A DNA stretch of 64,000 nucleotides from positions 8,471 through 72,470 of the forward strand of contig JBOFUX010000041.1 in assembly GCA_051652785.1 (NCBI GenBank), read 5' to 3'. This document shows, piece after piece, positions 48,378 to 57,703 of the stretch (position 1 is its first letter; each line of letters starts with the position of its first letter). The stretch comes from Fusobacteriaceae bacterium (GTDB lineage: Bacteria; Fusobacteriota; Fusobacteriia; Fusobacteriales; Fusobacteriaceae). The notes below the pieces were generated by a model. The model had not been told where the DNA came from. It ran no database searches and saw only the letters and a program-made list of their open reading frames with translations. The translations under genes and the position numbers were made by a program.

Positions 48378-49583
48378 ATGAAAAAAAAAATAGTTTTAGC
48401 TTATTCTGGGGGATTAGATACTTCTGTTATAATTCCATGGCTAAAGGAAAATTATGATTGTGAAATTATAGCAGTCGCTGTGAATGTTGGACAAAAAGAT
48501 GATTTTAAAGCTGTGGAAGAAAAAGCTTATTTAATTGGAGCAAATAAGTTTTACTGTATTGATAAAACTGAAGAATTTGTAAATGAGTATGTGTTTCCAA
48601 CTTTAAAAATGGGAGCTATTTATGAAAATAAATACCTCCTTGGAACTTCTATGGCGAGACCTATTATAGCAAAAGCTTTAGTTGAGATTGCTCAAAAAGA
48701 AAATGCTAAACATATAACTCACGGTGCTACTGGAAAAGGAAATGATCAAGTTAGATTTGAATTAGCTATAAAAGCTTTAGATCCAACTATTGAAATTATT
48801 GCTCCTTGGCGTATTTGGGATATAAAATCTAGAGAACAAGAGATCGCTTATTTAGAAAATAAAGGAATTAGTTTGCCTTTTTCAAAAAAATCTCCATACA
48901 GTAGAGATGAAAATCTATTTCATGTTAGCCATGAGGGATTTGATTTAGAACTTCCAGAAAATGAACCTAGTTATGAAAATATTTTACTATGGACTAATAT
49001 ATTAGAAAAAACTCCTAATAACAGTGAATATATTACACTTGAATTTTTAAAAGGAATTCCTGTAGCTCTAAACGGAGAAAAATTGTCTGGAGTTAAATTA
49101 ATTGAAAAATTAAATAAAATAGGTGGACTTCACGGAATTGGAGTTTTAGATATAGTTGAAAATAGATTGGTCGGAATGAAATCTCGTGGTATTTACGAAA
49201 CTCCTGGAGGAACAATTTTATTTTATGCTCATGAAGAGCTTGAAAGACTATGTTTAGATAAGGATACCACTCATATGAAAATTCAACTTGCTCAAGAATT
49301 TTCTAAACTTGTTTACAATGGAAAATGGTTTACAACACTTAGAGAAGCTATTAGTTCTTTTGGAGATATAACCCAAGAATATGTTACAGGTGAAGTAAAA
49401 ATAAAACTTTATAAAGGAAATATGATTTTAGCAGGTACAAAATCTCCATACTCGCTACATTCTGAGGATTTCTCAACTTTTGAAGAGGACACTGTATATA
49501 ATCAAAATGATGCTGAAGGATTTATTAATTTATACGGGCTCCCTTTAAAAATAAAAGCTTTAATGAAAATGAAAAATAAATAA
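48378..49583 (+). CDS. argG: Argininosuccinate synthase
   Basis: 401 aa with AYSGGLDTS and [13 protein letters not shown]. Confidence 0.95.
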   Translation: MKKKIVLAYSGGLDTSVIIPWLKENYDCEIIAVAVNVGQKDDFKAVEEKAYLIGANKFYCIDKTEEFVNEYVFPTLKMGAIYENKYLLGTSMARPIIAKALVEIAQKENAKHITHGATGKGNDQVRFELAIKALDPTIEIIAPWRIWDIKSREQEIAYLENKGISLPFSKKSPYSRDENLFHVSHEGFDLELPENEPSYENILLWTNILEKTPNNSEYITLEFLKGIPVALNGEKLSGVKLIEKLNKIGGLHGIGVLDIVENRLVGMKSRGIYETPGGTILFYAHEELERLCLDKDTTHMKIQLAQEFSKLVYNGKWFTTLREAISSFGDITQEYVTGEVKIKLYKGNMILAGTKSPYSLHSEDFSTFEEDTVYNQNDAEGFINLYGLPLKIKALMKMKNK

Positions 49584-49587
49584 TATT

Positions 49588-49636
49588 AAAAAAAATGGAT
49601 AAATTTAAACTAGTTAAATTTTATCCATTTTTTTAT
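49588..49636. terminator. Bidirectional AT-rich terminator between argG and the epimerase gene
   Basis: About 14-bp stem (ATGGATAAATTTAA / TTAAATTTTATCCAT, one bulge), flanked by an A-run and a T-run. Confidence 0.55.
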
Positions 49637-49641
49637 TACAA

Positions 49642-50514
49642 TTAATAATCAAATTCAGTTTCATAAGAAGCTGAAAAATATTTATTTGCTTCTAATTTTA
49701 TTAAATCTTTTTTATCTTTAAAATCACCACAAAAATCTGCATCATCACTTTTTCCAAGCCAAGGTTCAATACATATAAAATTCCCTGCGAGTTTCTTCCA
49801 AAAAGCGATATATTTAAATCCTTCAATTGTAACTAATATTTTTCTTTCACTTTTTTTTTCACGAAGAATAACATATTTACTTTTAAAATCTGAAAAAACA
49901 AATGTTTTATCAAAACCAGGTGTATCTAATGTTATTTTTTTTTCTTTTGTTTCATAAGTAAAAATTTTTCCTGTATATACTCCATTCTCATTTAATTCGT
50001 GTAAAAGCATTTTCTCTTCAACTTCAAATTCTAATGAGTAATCTTCTAAAGAATGATAAGAATCAAAAGGACATTTAAATGCAGGGTGAGCTCCCACAGA
50101 AAAATATAATAATTTATTCATTGGATTATATACTGAATAATTTGTTATTAATTTTTTTTCTTCTAATTTATAAGTCACAACAAATTTAAAATCCATTGGA
50201 AAAGTGTTTTCAGGTAGCATATCTCCAGTTAAAGATAATATTACTTCAGTATTTGAAATTTTTTTAGAATCAAAAACTGAAGCCCTTGCAAAACCATGAT
50301 TAGTAGTTAATGAGAATGATTTTCCTTCAAATCGAAACTCATTATTATTGCATTTTCCAACTACTGGAAAAAGAACTGGTGATACCCCATCCCATATTTC
50401 TTTATTTCCATCCCACATATAATTAGCTCCTGTTTTCGTATTAATAACTTCACGAATTTCAGCACCTAACAAATTTACATGAACGGTTAAAAACTCGTTA
50501 TAAATTTTAATCAT
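49642..50514 (-). CDS. Aldose 1-epimerase-family protein
   Basis: 290 aa with the pattern of small GalM/YeaD-like mutarotases (…LFPVVG…HGFAR…GAHPAF…EPW). Confidence 0.7.
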   Translation of the reverse strand: MIKIYNEFLTVHVNLLGAEIREVINTKTGANYMWDGNKEIWDGVSPVLFPVVGKCNNNEFRFEGKSFSLTTNHGFARASVFDSKKISNTEVILSLTGDMLPENTFPMDFKFVVTYKLEEKKLITNYSVYNPMNKLLYFSVGAHPAFKCPFDSYHSLEDYSLEFEVEEKMLLHELNENGVYTGKIFTYETKEKKITLDTPGFDKTFVFSDFKSKYVILREKKSERKILVTIEGFKYIAFWKKLAGNFICIEPWLGKSDDADFCGDFKDKKDLIKLEANKYFSASYETEFDY

Positions 50515-52139
50515 AATTCCTCCTTTATTACATTAATAGTCTTTTGATTTGTATAAATAACAAATCCTGGTTTTGAGCCATTAGGTTTCGTTACATATTT
50601 TCTTCGTGTATAATCAACACTTATTTTATCTCCTAAATTACCTCGAGAAAAATTAGCTGCATAACTAGCTGCCTTTTCAATAAGTTCAGGCGTTAAATTA
50701 TTCTCATTACATTTTAATATAACATGAGAACCGGGAATATCTTTAGCATGAAACCAAAAATCATCTTTAGCACCTATTTTAAAAGTTATATAGTCATTTT
50801 CAATATTATTTCTACCATATATTATAGTAAAAAATTCATCTATAATTGATACCCCTAATGATATTTTCTTTTTATTTTTTTTTATTTTTTTACTATCTTT
50901 TAAACTTTTTTTCAAATATTTTTGATTTTCTAATTCTTCAATAATATTTTTTAAGTTTTCCACTGTGGGAACTGTTTTTGTAAAAGTTAAGATAGAATTT
51001 AAATAATCTAGTTCTTTTTGAACCTCTATTTTTCTAATTTTATTGGCTTCTAATCCTCTTTTCAACTTATTATATTTTTTATAATATGATTCAATATTTC
51101 TTTGAATTGAATGAGTTTTATTAAGTGCTATATCTATCATTTTATCTGTATAAAAATTATATAATTCAACTTGAGAAATAAATTTAGGTATGGAATAAAT
51201 ATTTGCTGCTAAAATATCACCAATTTCTTTATATTCATTTAAATTATTTTTTTCTATATTATCTTTTTCTATATTTATTAATATTTTTTCTATTTTTTTT
51301 ATCTTTGTATTTGTAGCTCGAGTGATTTTGTTTAATAAAATTTCAAAACTAGAAGATAAAGCATTTTTTTCTAAATAAAATTCAACTAATTCACTAAAAG
51401 TTTGAAATGGGATAACCTCATCATAAAATTGAGGTTTTACAGTAAATAAAACAGTTGCTAATATTATTTTTTTTTCTTTTAAATAACATTTTGGAGAAGA
51501 GATTGAGTTAAGAATATTTTTTAAATCTTCAAAATTTGAAATAGTCAATGCTAAATTTTTTCCAACACCTTCTAAAGAAGCGACTAATCCAATATTTTTA
51601 AAATTTTCAAAATTTTCCTCTGTTACACTTAAAGGAAGATTTTTTTTAGAGATAATAGGTTGAAAATATTCTGCACCAGGAAGTAAAACTCTTAGTCTAT
51701 TTTCTTCTATTGGAATTTTTTTTATTAAATCTAAAATTTTATTTTCAAAGTTAACAATAATAAGATTTGAATGTTTTCCCATTATTTCAAAATATAATTT
51801 ATATATATGAATTACTCCTAATTCATCAAGTTTTTTAAAAGAAAAACAAAGAATTCTATCCATCCCTATCTGTTCTATTTTTTCTAGTAAAGCATTAGAA
51901 AAATATTTTCTAAGTGAAAGAACAAAATTAAATTCTTCATTTAATCTAAAACTTTTTTCATTGGAAAGAAAACATATGGGTAAAGAATTATTACAAGATA
52001 TAACTAAGGAAACTTTTCCAAAAGATAAAGTAACAGAATTTTCTGTCTCTTGAGATATTTTCCCTATTTTTTTCCCTACAAGATTAGAAGAAAATTCTTC
52101 TATTATCTTGTGAAGAGATATTCCGTCTAAATAAAACAT
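50511..52139 (-). CDS. rqcH: Ribosome quality-control factor RqcH (NFACT / FbpA family)
   Basis: N-terminal NFACT-N region, a coiled-coil middle, and a C-terminal DUF814-like segment (FWFHAKDIPGSHVIL). I prefer the ATG at 52139 (AAGGAG 6 nt upstream) over the ORF-track start at 52181, which overlaps the upstream gene. Confidence 0.8.
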   Translation of the reverse strand: MFYLDGISLHKIIEEFSSNLVGKKIGKISQETENSVTLSFGKVSLVISCNNSLPICFLSNEKSFRLNEEFNFVLSLRKYFSNALLEKIEQIGMDRILCFSFKKLDELGVIHIYKLYFEIMGKHSNLIIVNFENKILDLIKKIPIEENRLRVLLPGAEYFQPIISKKNLPLSVTEENFENFKNIGLVASLEGVGKNLALTISNFEDLKNILNSISSPKCYLKEKKIILATVLFTVKPQFYDEVIPFQTFSELVEFYLEKNALSSSFEILLNKITRATNTKIKKIEKILINIEKDNIEKNNLNEYKEIGDILAANIYSIPKFISQVELYNFYTDKMIDIALNKTHSIQRNIESYYKKYNKLKRGLEANKIRKIEVQKELDYLNSILTFTKTVPTVENLKNIIEELENQKYLKKSLKDSKKIKKNKKKISLGVSIIDEFFTIIYGRNNIENDYITFKIGAKDDFWFHAKDIPGSHVILKCNENNLTPELIEKAASYAANFSRGNLGDKISVDYTRRKYVTKPNGSKPGFVIYTNQKTINVIKEEL

Positions 52140-52149
52140 ATTTTTCTCC

Positions 52150-52812
52150 TTATATTTTTGTGCAAATAAGATTTTTAGCATCTAAAGCATCTAACTTTAT
52201 AATTTTTTTATCAAAAGTTAATATTTCAATCTCTTTACCTGTTTTATAAACTTCAACAGTGGAAAAATTTTTTATTCCATTCTTCTCAAAAAAATCTTGT
52301 ATAATAGGAGTTCCTTTAATTGCTACAACAGAAACCTTTGTTCCTCTTGAAAATTCATCTAAAGGGAGAGGCTTAAAAAAACCTGTTTTATTTGATAAAT
52401 TATTTAAAATAACTTCAAAAATTTCAATAAATTTTTCTAAATCAGGAAGAGCTACATTTTCAGTAATAGAAGAAAGTAACATATTATGATAATTATTATG
52501 ATAAATCAACGCTTCAAGACCTTTTTTATCTAAAGCTACATATACTTTTCTTCTATCTAATTCAGAACGGGTTCTAGTTATAAATCCTTTCTCTGAAAGT
52601 TTAGAAACTGCCACTGTTGCTGTTCCCATTGTTGTTCCTAGTCTATCAGAAAGCTCGTGCATAGTTAAAGTATCTGAATTTATTGCGTCTATTATGTGTA
52701 GTTCTGTATGTGTAAGACCTTTTATCCCAACTTTTAATGCCATATCTTCTGTTTTATAAAAAAGTTTGAAAAACTCTTCTAAAACACCATTAACTCTATT
52801 TACATTTTTCAT
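52150..52812 (-). CDS. MarR-type wHTH regulator with C-terminal FeoA/SH3-like domain
   Basis: 220 aa with a MarR-like core (LTHTELHIIDAI…MHELSDRLGTTMGTATVAVSKLSEKGFITRTRSELDRRKVYVALDKKG). The last ~70 aa follow the FeoA pattern (G.KV.VVAIKG…G I…VEV…). Confidence 0.65.
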   Translation of the reverse strand: MKNVNRVNGVLEEFFKLFYKTEDMALKVGIKGLTHTELHIIDAINSDTLTMHELSDRLGTTMGTATVAVSKLSEKGFITRTRSELDRRKVYVALDKKGLEALIYHNNYHNMLLSSITENVALPDLEKFIEIFEVILNNLSNKTGFFKPLPLDEFSRGTKVSVVAIKGTPIIQDFFEKNGIKNFSTVEVYKTGKEIEILTFDKKIIKLDALDAKNLICTKI

Positions 52813-53466
52813 TTACACCACAACCTTATCTATTATTTTTAGCGATTCTATTCTTTCTTTATAATTACCTGAAAATATATACGATCCTGCAACAAATATA
52901 TTTGCTCCAGCTTCCATACAATTTATAATAGTTTTATCTGTTATTCCACCATCAATTTGAATATCAATTGTTGAGCTCATTTTTCTAACATCTTTAATCT
53001 TTTGAATAGTAGTTTCTATAAAAGATTGCCCTCCAAAACCTGGATTAACACTCATAATTAATACCATATCTAAATCATCTATAATATATTTTAAACAATC
53101 CACAGAAGTTGCTGGGTTTAAAGAAACACCTACTTTTTTTCCAAGAGATTTAATTTGTTGAATCGCTCTATGAAGATGAACTGTCGATTCTACATGAATA
53201 GTTATCATATCAGCTCCTGCATTAGCAAAAGCTTCTAAATATCTTTCTGGAGCCTCTATCATCAGATGAACATCAAAAAATAAATCGCAATGTTTTCTTA
53301 TTGCTCCTATAACTAGAGGACCAAAAGTTATATTAGGAACAAAATTTCCGTCCATAACATCAATATGTACCCAATCTGCTCCTGCTAGTTCTAAATTCTT
53401 CATTTCTTCTTTTAAAATACTAAAATCAGCTGATAGTATAGAAGGAGCTATTTTATTTTTATTCAT
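52813..53466 (-). CDS. rpe: Ribulose-phosphate 3-epimerase
   Basis: Contains IAPSILSADF, HIDVMDG and SVNPGFGGQ. I prefer the ATG at 53466 (AAGGTGG RBS 8 nt upstream). Confidence 0.95.
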   Translation of the reverse strand: MNKNKIAPSILSADFSILKEEMKNLELAGADWVHIDVMDGNFVPNITFGPLVIGAIRKHCDLFFDVHLMIEAPERYLEAFANAGADMITIHVESTVHLHRAIQQIKSLGKKVGVSLNPATSVDCLKYIIDDLDMVLIMSVNPGFGGQSFIETTIQKIKDVRKMSSTIDIQIDGGITDKTIINCMEAGANIFVAGSYIFSGNYKERIESLKIIDKVVV

Positions 53467-54352
53467 ATTTATTCCACCTTTCATTTTTTAATGTTTCGTA
53501 TATTTTTTTATAAAAATTATATCTGTATTCTGTTATCTTATGATTAACTACAAGTTCTTTTATTCCACACTCAGGCTCATTTATGTGAATACAGTTATTA
53601 AATTTACAAGGTTTTCTTTCCTGGGAAAACTCTGGAAAAACTCTTTCTAATGTTTCTATATCATTAATTTCAGGAAATTCAACTGATGAAAATCCAGGAG
53701 TATCAATTATAAATCCTCCAGTAGTTAAATGTAATAATTTTGTGTCTCGGGTAGTATGTTTTCCTCTTTTTAATCTCACACTAGTAATACCAGTTTTTAA
53801 CTCTTTTTCATTTTGTAATAGATTTATAATACTAGATTTTCCAACTCCACTAGGACCACCAAAGGCTGTTACATTGTCTTTTATTATATTTTCTAATTCT
53901 TGTATTCCTATATTTTTTTCTTGTGAAATAAATAGTAATGGAACTTTTATGTCTTTTAAATAAGATAAATTACCAGCAATTTCTTCTTGTTCTTCCACAG
54001 TAATCAAATCAATTTTATTTATAACTATAATTGGTTTTATTTTATTAAAAAAACTATGTAGAAGTAATATTCCCAGCCTTTCATAATCTATAACTGGATT
54101 TCTCGCTGAAAATTGAATAACAAAATAATCTATATTAGCTACTATTGGTCTAAGGAGAAGATTAGTTCTTGGAAAAACCTTTGTTATAGCGTTTTCACTG
54201 CTTATTTCAACAATATCTCCAACTACACAATTGTCTTTTCTATCACTTCTTTTAAGGATACCTCTTAATTTTGACTCAAAAATTCCAGTTCCTGTATCTA
54301 CATAATAAAATCCTTGTACTTTATTTATAACTCTTCCTTTTATAAAAATCAT
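53459..54352 (-). CDS. rsgA: Ribosome small-subunit biogenesis GTPase RsgA
   Basis: 297 aa with a circularly permuted GTPase (NKIDL … GPSGVGKSS) and the zinc knuckle CKFNNCIHINEPEC. Confidence 0.9.
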   Translation of the reverse strand: MIFIKGRVINKVQGFYYVDTGTGIFESKLRGILKRSDRKDNCVVGDIVEISSENAITKVFPRTNLLLRPIVANIDYFVIQFSARNPVIDYERLGILLLHSFFNKIKPIIVINKIDLITVEEQEEIAGNLSYLKDIKVPLLFISQEKNIGIQELENIIKDNVTAFGGPSGVGKSSIINLLQNEKELKTGITSVRLKRGKHTTRDTKLLHLTTGGFIIDTPGFSSVEFPEINDIETLERVFPEFSQERKPCKFNNCIHINEPECGIKELVVNHKITEYRYNFYKKIYETLKNERWNKYE

Positions 54353-54371
54353 CTCCTTTTACTTCTACTTC

Positions 54372-55076
54372 TTATTTACTAACTGTAAAGTCTATAAAAC
54401 TTCCACCAGATAATTTTGTTCTGTATTCAACACTCGTTTCCACTACAGTATCAGGTTCTATACTTTCAAAATTTTCATATTTAACATTTCCAAGAAGAAG
54501 AGAATTATCTCTTAATATCGTAGTTGCTTCTTTAAAAGTAAGACCTATTAAATCAGGCATTTCAACTGTAGAAACTTCAAATTTTTTATTAACTAAAAAA
54601 TTAATTTTATCTGAATATGAAAGTAATGATCCAGCTGGAGGTTCAGTTGAAATAACTTCCCCTGTAGGAATATCAGTAGTAATATAAAAAACTTCTCCAA
54701 TTTTATAACCTTTACTTTCTATAATAGATTTAGCATCTGTGTAATTAAGACCAGTTACACTAGGAACTTCTGTATCATTAGCTCCTTTACTCACCCAAAC
54801 TTTTACTATTCTATTTTTTTTTATAACTTTATTAGCAAGAGGTTCTTGCATAAAAACTGTGTTCTGAGATTCTTTTGAAAATTCTTGTGAAACTTCTAAT
54901 ATTCTAATAGGGCTCTTATTTGTTAATAATTTAATATCATCAATATTCATTCCTATAAAATTAGGTGTATAATAAAAAAAATTGTTAAAATATATTTTTA
55001 AGGATATGTCAATCGAAAGGTAGAAAACACCAATTAGACATATAAACGCAAGCAATTGTAGTAATTTTTTTTTCAT
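54372..55076 (-). CDS. Membrane-anchored protein with three PASTA repeats and no kinase domain
   Basis: 234 aa with an N-terminal TM helix followed by three ~65-aa repeats beginning PNFIGMN, VPSVTGLNYTDAKSII and MPDLIGLTFKEATTIL. Confidence 0.75.
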   Translation of the reverse strand: MKKKLLQLLAFICLIGVFYLSIDISLKIYFNNFFYYTPNFIGMNIDDIKLLTNKSPIRILEVSQEFSKESQNTVFMQEPLANKVIKKNRIVKVWVSKGANDTEVPSVTGLNYTDAKSIIESKGYKIGEVFYITTDIPTGEVISTEPPAGSLLSYSDKINFLVNKKFEVSTVEMPDLIGLTFKEATTILRDNSLLLGNVKYENFESIEPDTVVETSVEYRTKLSGGSFIDFTVSK

Positions 55077-55285
55077 TAATCCTCCAAAATTATAGTTTAA
55101 ATTTTAATATTTTATAATACATTTTAAAACATTTTAACAAATTAATCAAGTAATGATATTTTTCTTTCTAAGAAAAATTTTAAATTAAAAAAAATCTTTC
55201 TTTATGTTGTTTTTTTTTTAGTATAATGATAAAATTTTAATGAGTTATATTATGTGAAATAATTATCAATTTTGGAGGTGATTTT

Positions 55286-56311
55286 ATGAAAAAAATTTTA
55301 GATAGATATTCAATAGGCGGTTGAGCAAATAAAATAGGACCGGAGGTTCTTTCAACAATTATTTCTGATCTTCCAAGAGTAGAAGATCCAAATTTAATAG
55401 TAGGTTACGATAAGGCAGATGATGCCGCAGTTTATAAACTTACTGAAGATATAGCAATGATTCAAACTTTAGATTTTTTTACACCTATGGTAGATGACCC
55501 TTATTTATTTGGAAAAATAGCAGCAGCAAACTCTTTAAGTGATGTTTACGCTATGGGAGGAATTCCTAAAACAGCCATGAATATTGTATGTTTTCCTGAA
55601 AAAGAAGAAATTTTAATACTAAAAGAAATTTTAAGAGGTGGAGCTGAGAAGATAGCAGAAGCTGGAGCTGTTTTAAGTGGTGGACATTCTGTTCATGACC
55701 CTGAAACAAAATATGGACTTTCAGTTACTGGAATTGCTCATCCTGATAAAATTTGGAAAAATTATGGTGCGGAGATAAAAGATATAATAATAATGACTAA
55801 ACCTCTTGGAACAGGAATAATTTCCACAGCTTCTAAAATGGGAAAAGCAACTGATGAGTCAATTAACAAAATGATAAATTATATGATTATGCTCAATGGC
55901 TATTCAGCTAAAATATTGCGTAATTATCCTATAACTTCATGTACAGATATAACTGGTTTTGGATTTTTAGGTCATCTCTATGAAATGGCTCGTGCCACTG
56001 AAAAAACATTTGTTATTGAATCAGAGTTAGTTCCTTATATTGAAGAAGCAAAAGATTATGCTAATGAATTTTATATTACTGCTGGGGGACAAAAAAATAG
56101 GCTTTTTGTTGAAAAAAATATAACATTTGAAAATATTCCATTTTGGTTACAAGAAATTATGTTAGACCCTCAAACATCAGGAGGATTACTTTTTACAGTT
56201 AATCCTAAACATTTAGAAAATATAATACATGACTTTAATAATGAAAAAATAGAATTTTGGGTTATTGGAACAGTTGAAAAAAAACAAGATAAAAGTATTA
56301 TTATAAGATAG
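55286..56311 (+). CDS. selD: Selenide, water dikinase (selenophosphate synthetase), selenocysteine-containing (UGA at 55322-55324)
   Basis: ATG at 55286 has a GGAGGTG RBS. Translation gives MKKILDRYSIGG-U-ANKIGPEVL…, in frame with the ORF-track fragment 55457..56311. G-[C/U]-x-x-K is the SelD active-site loop. Confidence 0.9.
55336..55350 (+). promoter_or_regulatory. Candidate bacterial SECIS hairpin for the selD UGA
   Basis: AGGACC-GGA-GGUUCU hairpin (6 bp including one G-U) begins 11 nt after the UGA, which is the canonical spacing. Confidence 0.4.
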
Positions 56312-56319
56312 GAGAAAAT

Positions 56320-57696
56320 ATGGACAAGGAACTTTTAAAAAAACTTCCAAAAGTAGATAAACTTTTAATACATAAAGAATTAGAATCTTTGGCTAAAGAA
56401 ACAACTTATTATACTTTTATAGAAACTATTAAATCAGGTATAGAATATTTTAGAACTCAAATTTTAGCTAAAGAAATAGTTGCTTTTACAGAAAAAGATG
56501 TGTTAGAAAAAATAAAAGAATTAGGACAAAATAATAAACTTTATAGTTTAAGAAAAGTTATTAATGGAACAGGAACTATAATTCATACAAACCTAGGAAG
56601 ATCTCTAATGTCCACTAAAATGGTAGAAAACATGTCAAAAATTTCTCTAAATTACAATAATTTAGAATATGATTTAAATAAGGGGAGTAGAGGTAGCAGA
56701 TACAGTCATTTGGAAGAACTTATTTGTAAAATTACAGGGGGAGAAAGAGCATTAGTAGTAAACAATAATGCCGCCGCTGTTATTATTTGTCTCAATGAAT
56801 TTGCAAAAGAATCAGAAACTATTGTTTCACGAGGTGAACTGGTCGAAATAGGCGGTTCTTTTAGAATTCCTGATATTATGAGTTTGTCAGGTACTAAATT
56901 AGTAGAAGTAGGAACTACTAATAGAACTCATAAAATCGATTATGAAAAAGCTATTAATGAAAATACAAATATGCTACTGAAAGTCCACTCTTCTAATTAC
57001 AAAATGGCTGGTTTTATTAGTTCTGTTACTGTAGAAGAAATAGCAAATATAGGGAAAGAAAATAATTTAATCACAATGGAAGATATAGGAAGTGGTATTC
57101 TTATAGATTTATCAAAATATGGAATAGCAAAAGAACCCACTGTTCAAGAAAGTATTAAAGCTGGAATAGATATAGTGACCTTTAGTGGAGATAAACTTTT
57201 AGGTGGACCGCAAGCTGGAATAATAGTAGGAAAAAAAGAACTCATTGAAAGATTATTAAAAAATCAGTATTTAAGAGCCTTTAGAATGAATAAAAATTCT
57301 ATTGCTTTATTAGAAGTTGTATTTAGCTATTATTTAGATGAAAGAGAAGCTATAAAAGAAATACCTACTTTAAGAATGATTTTAGAACCTAAAGAAAATG
57401 TGTATAAAAGAGCAATAAATTTAAAAAAAATATTAGATGAAAGTTTAATAAATTCTGTAGTGATAGAAACAAAAGCAAAAATAGGTGGAGGATCAATGCC
57501 AGAAGAAACTGTTCCTAGCTATGGGCTTAGTTTTTTAGGAAATGCTAATTATTTAGAAGAAAAATTTAGGCTTAATGAGCCCGCAATTATAGGAAGAATA
57601 TATGGCAATAGTTTTGTTCTTGATATGAAAACTATACAAGAATTTGATTTTTCTGAAATTTCAAAAATAATTAAAAAAATTATGAAAAAAAAGTGA
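56320..57696 (+). CDS. selA: L-seryl-tRNA(Sec) selenium transferase
   Basis: 458 aa with NNNAAAV and the PLP lysine in FSGDKLLGGPQAG. Confidence 0.9.
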   Translation: MDKELLKKLPKVDKLLIHKELESLAKETTYYTFIETIKSGIEYFRTQILAKEIVAFTEKDVLEKIKELGQNNKLYSLRKVINGTGTIIHTNLGRSLMSTKMVENMSKISLNYNNLEYDLNKGSRGSRYSHLEELICKITGGERALVVNNNAAAVIICLNEFAKESETIVSRGELVEIGGSFRIPDIMSLSGTKLVEVGTTNRTHKIDYEKAINENTNMLLKVHSSNYKMAGFISSVTVEEIANIGKENNLITMEDIGSGILIDLSKYGIAKEPTVQESIKAGIDIVTFSGDKLLGGPQAGIIVGKKELIERLLKNQYLRAFRMNKNSIALLEVVFSYYLDEREAIKEIPTLRMILEPKENVYKRAINLKKILDESLINSVVIETKAKIGGGSMPEETVPSYGLSFLGNANYLEEKFRLNEPAIIGRIYGNSFVLDMKTIQEFDFSEISKIIKKIMKKK

Positions 57697-57703
57697 GGTA
57701 AAA

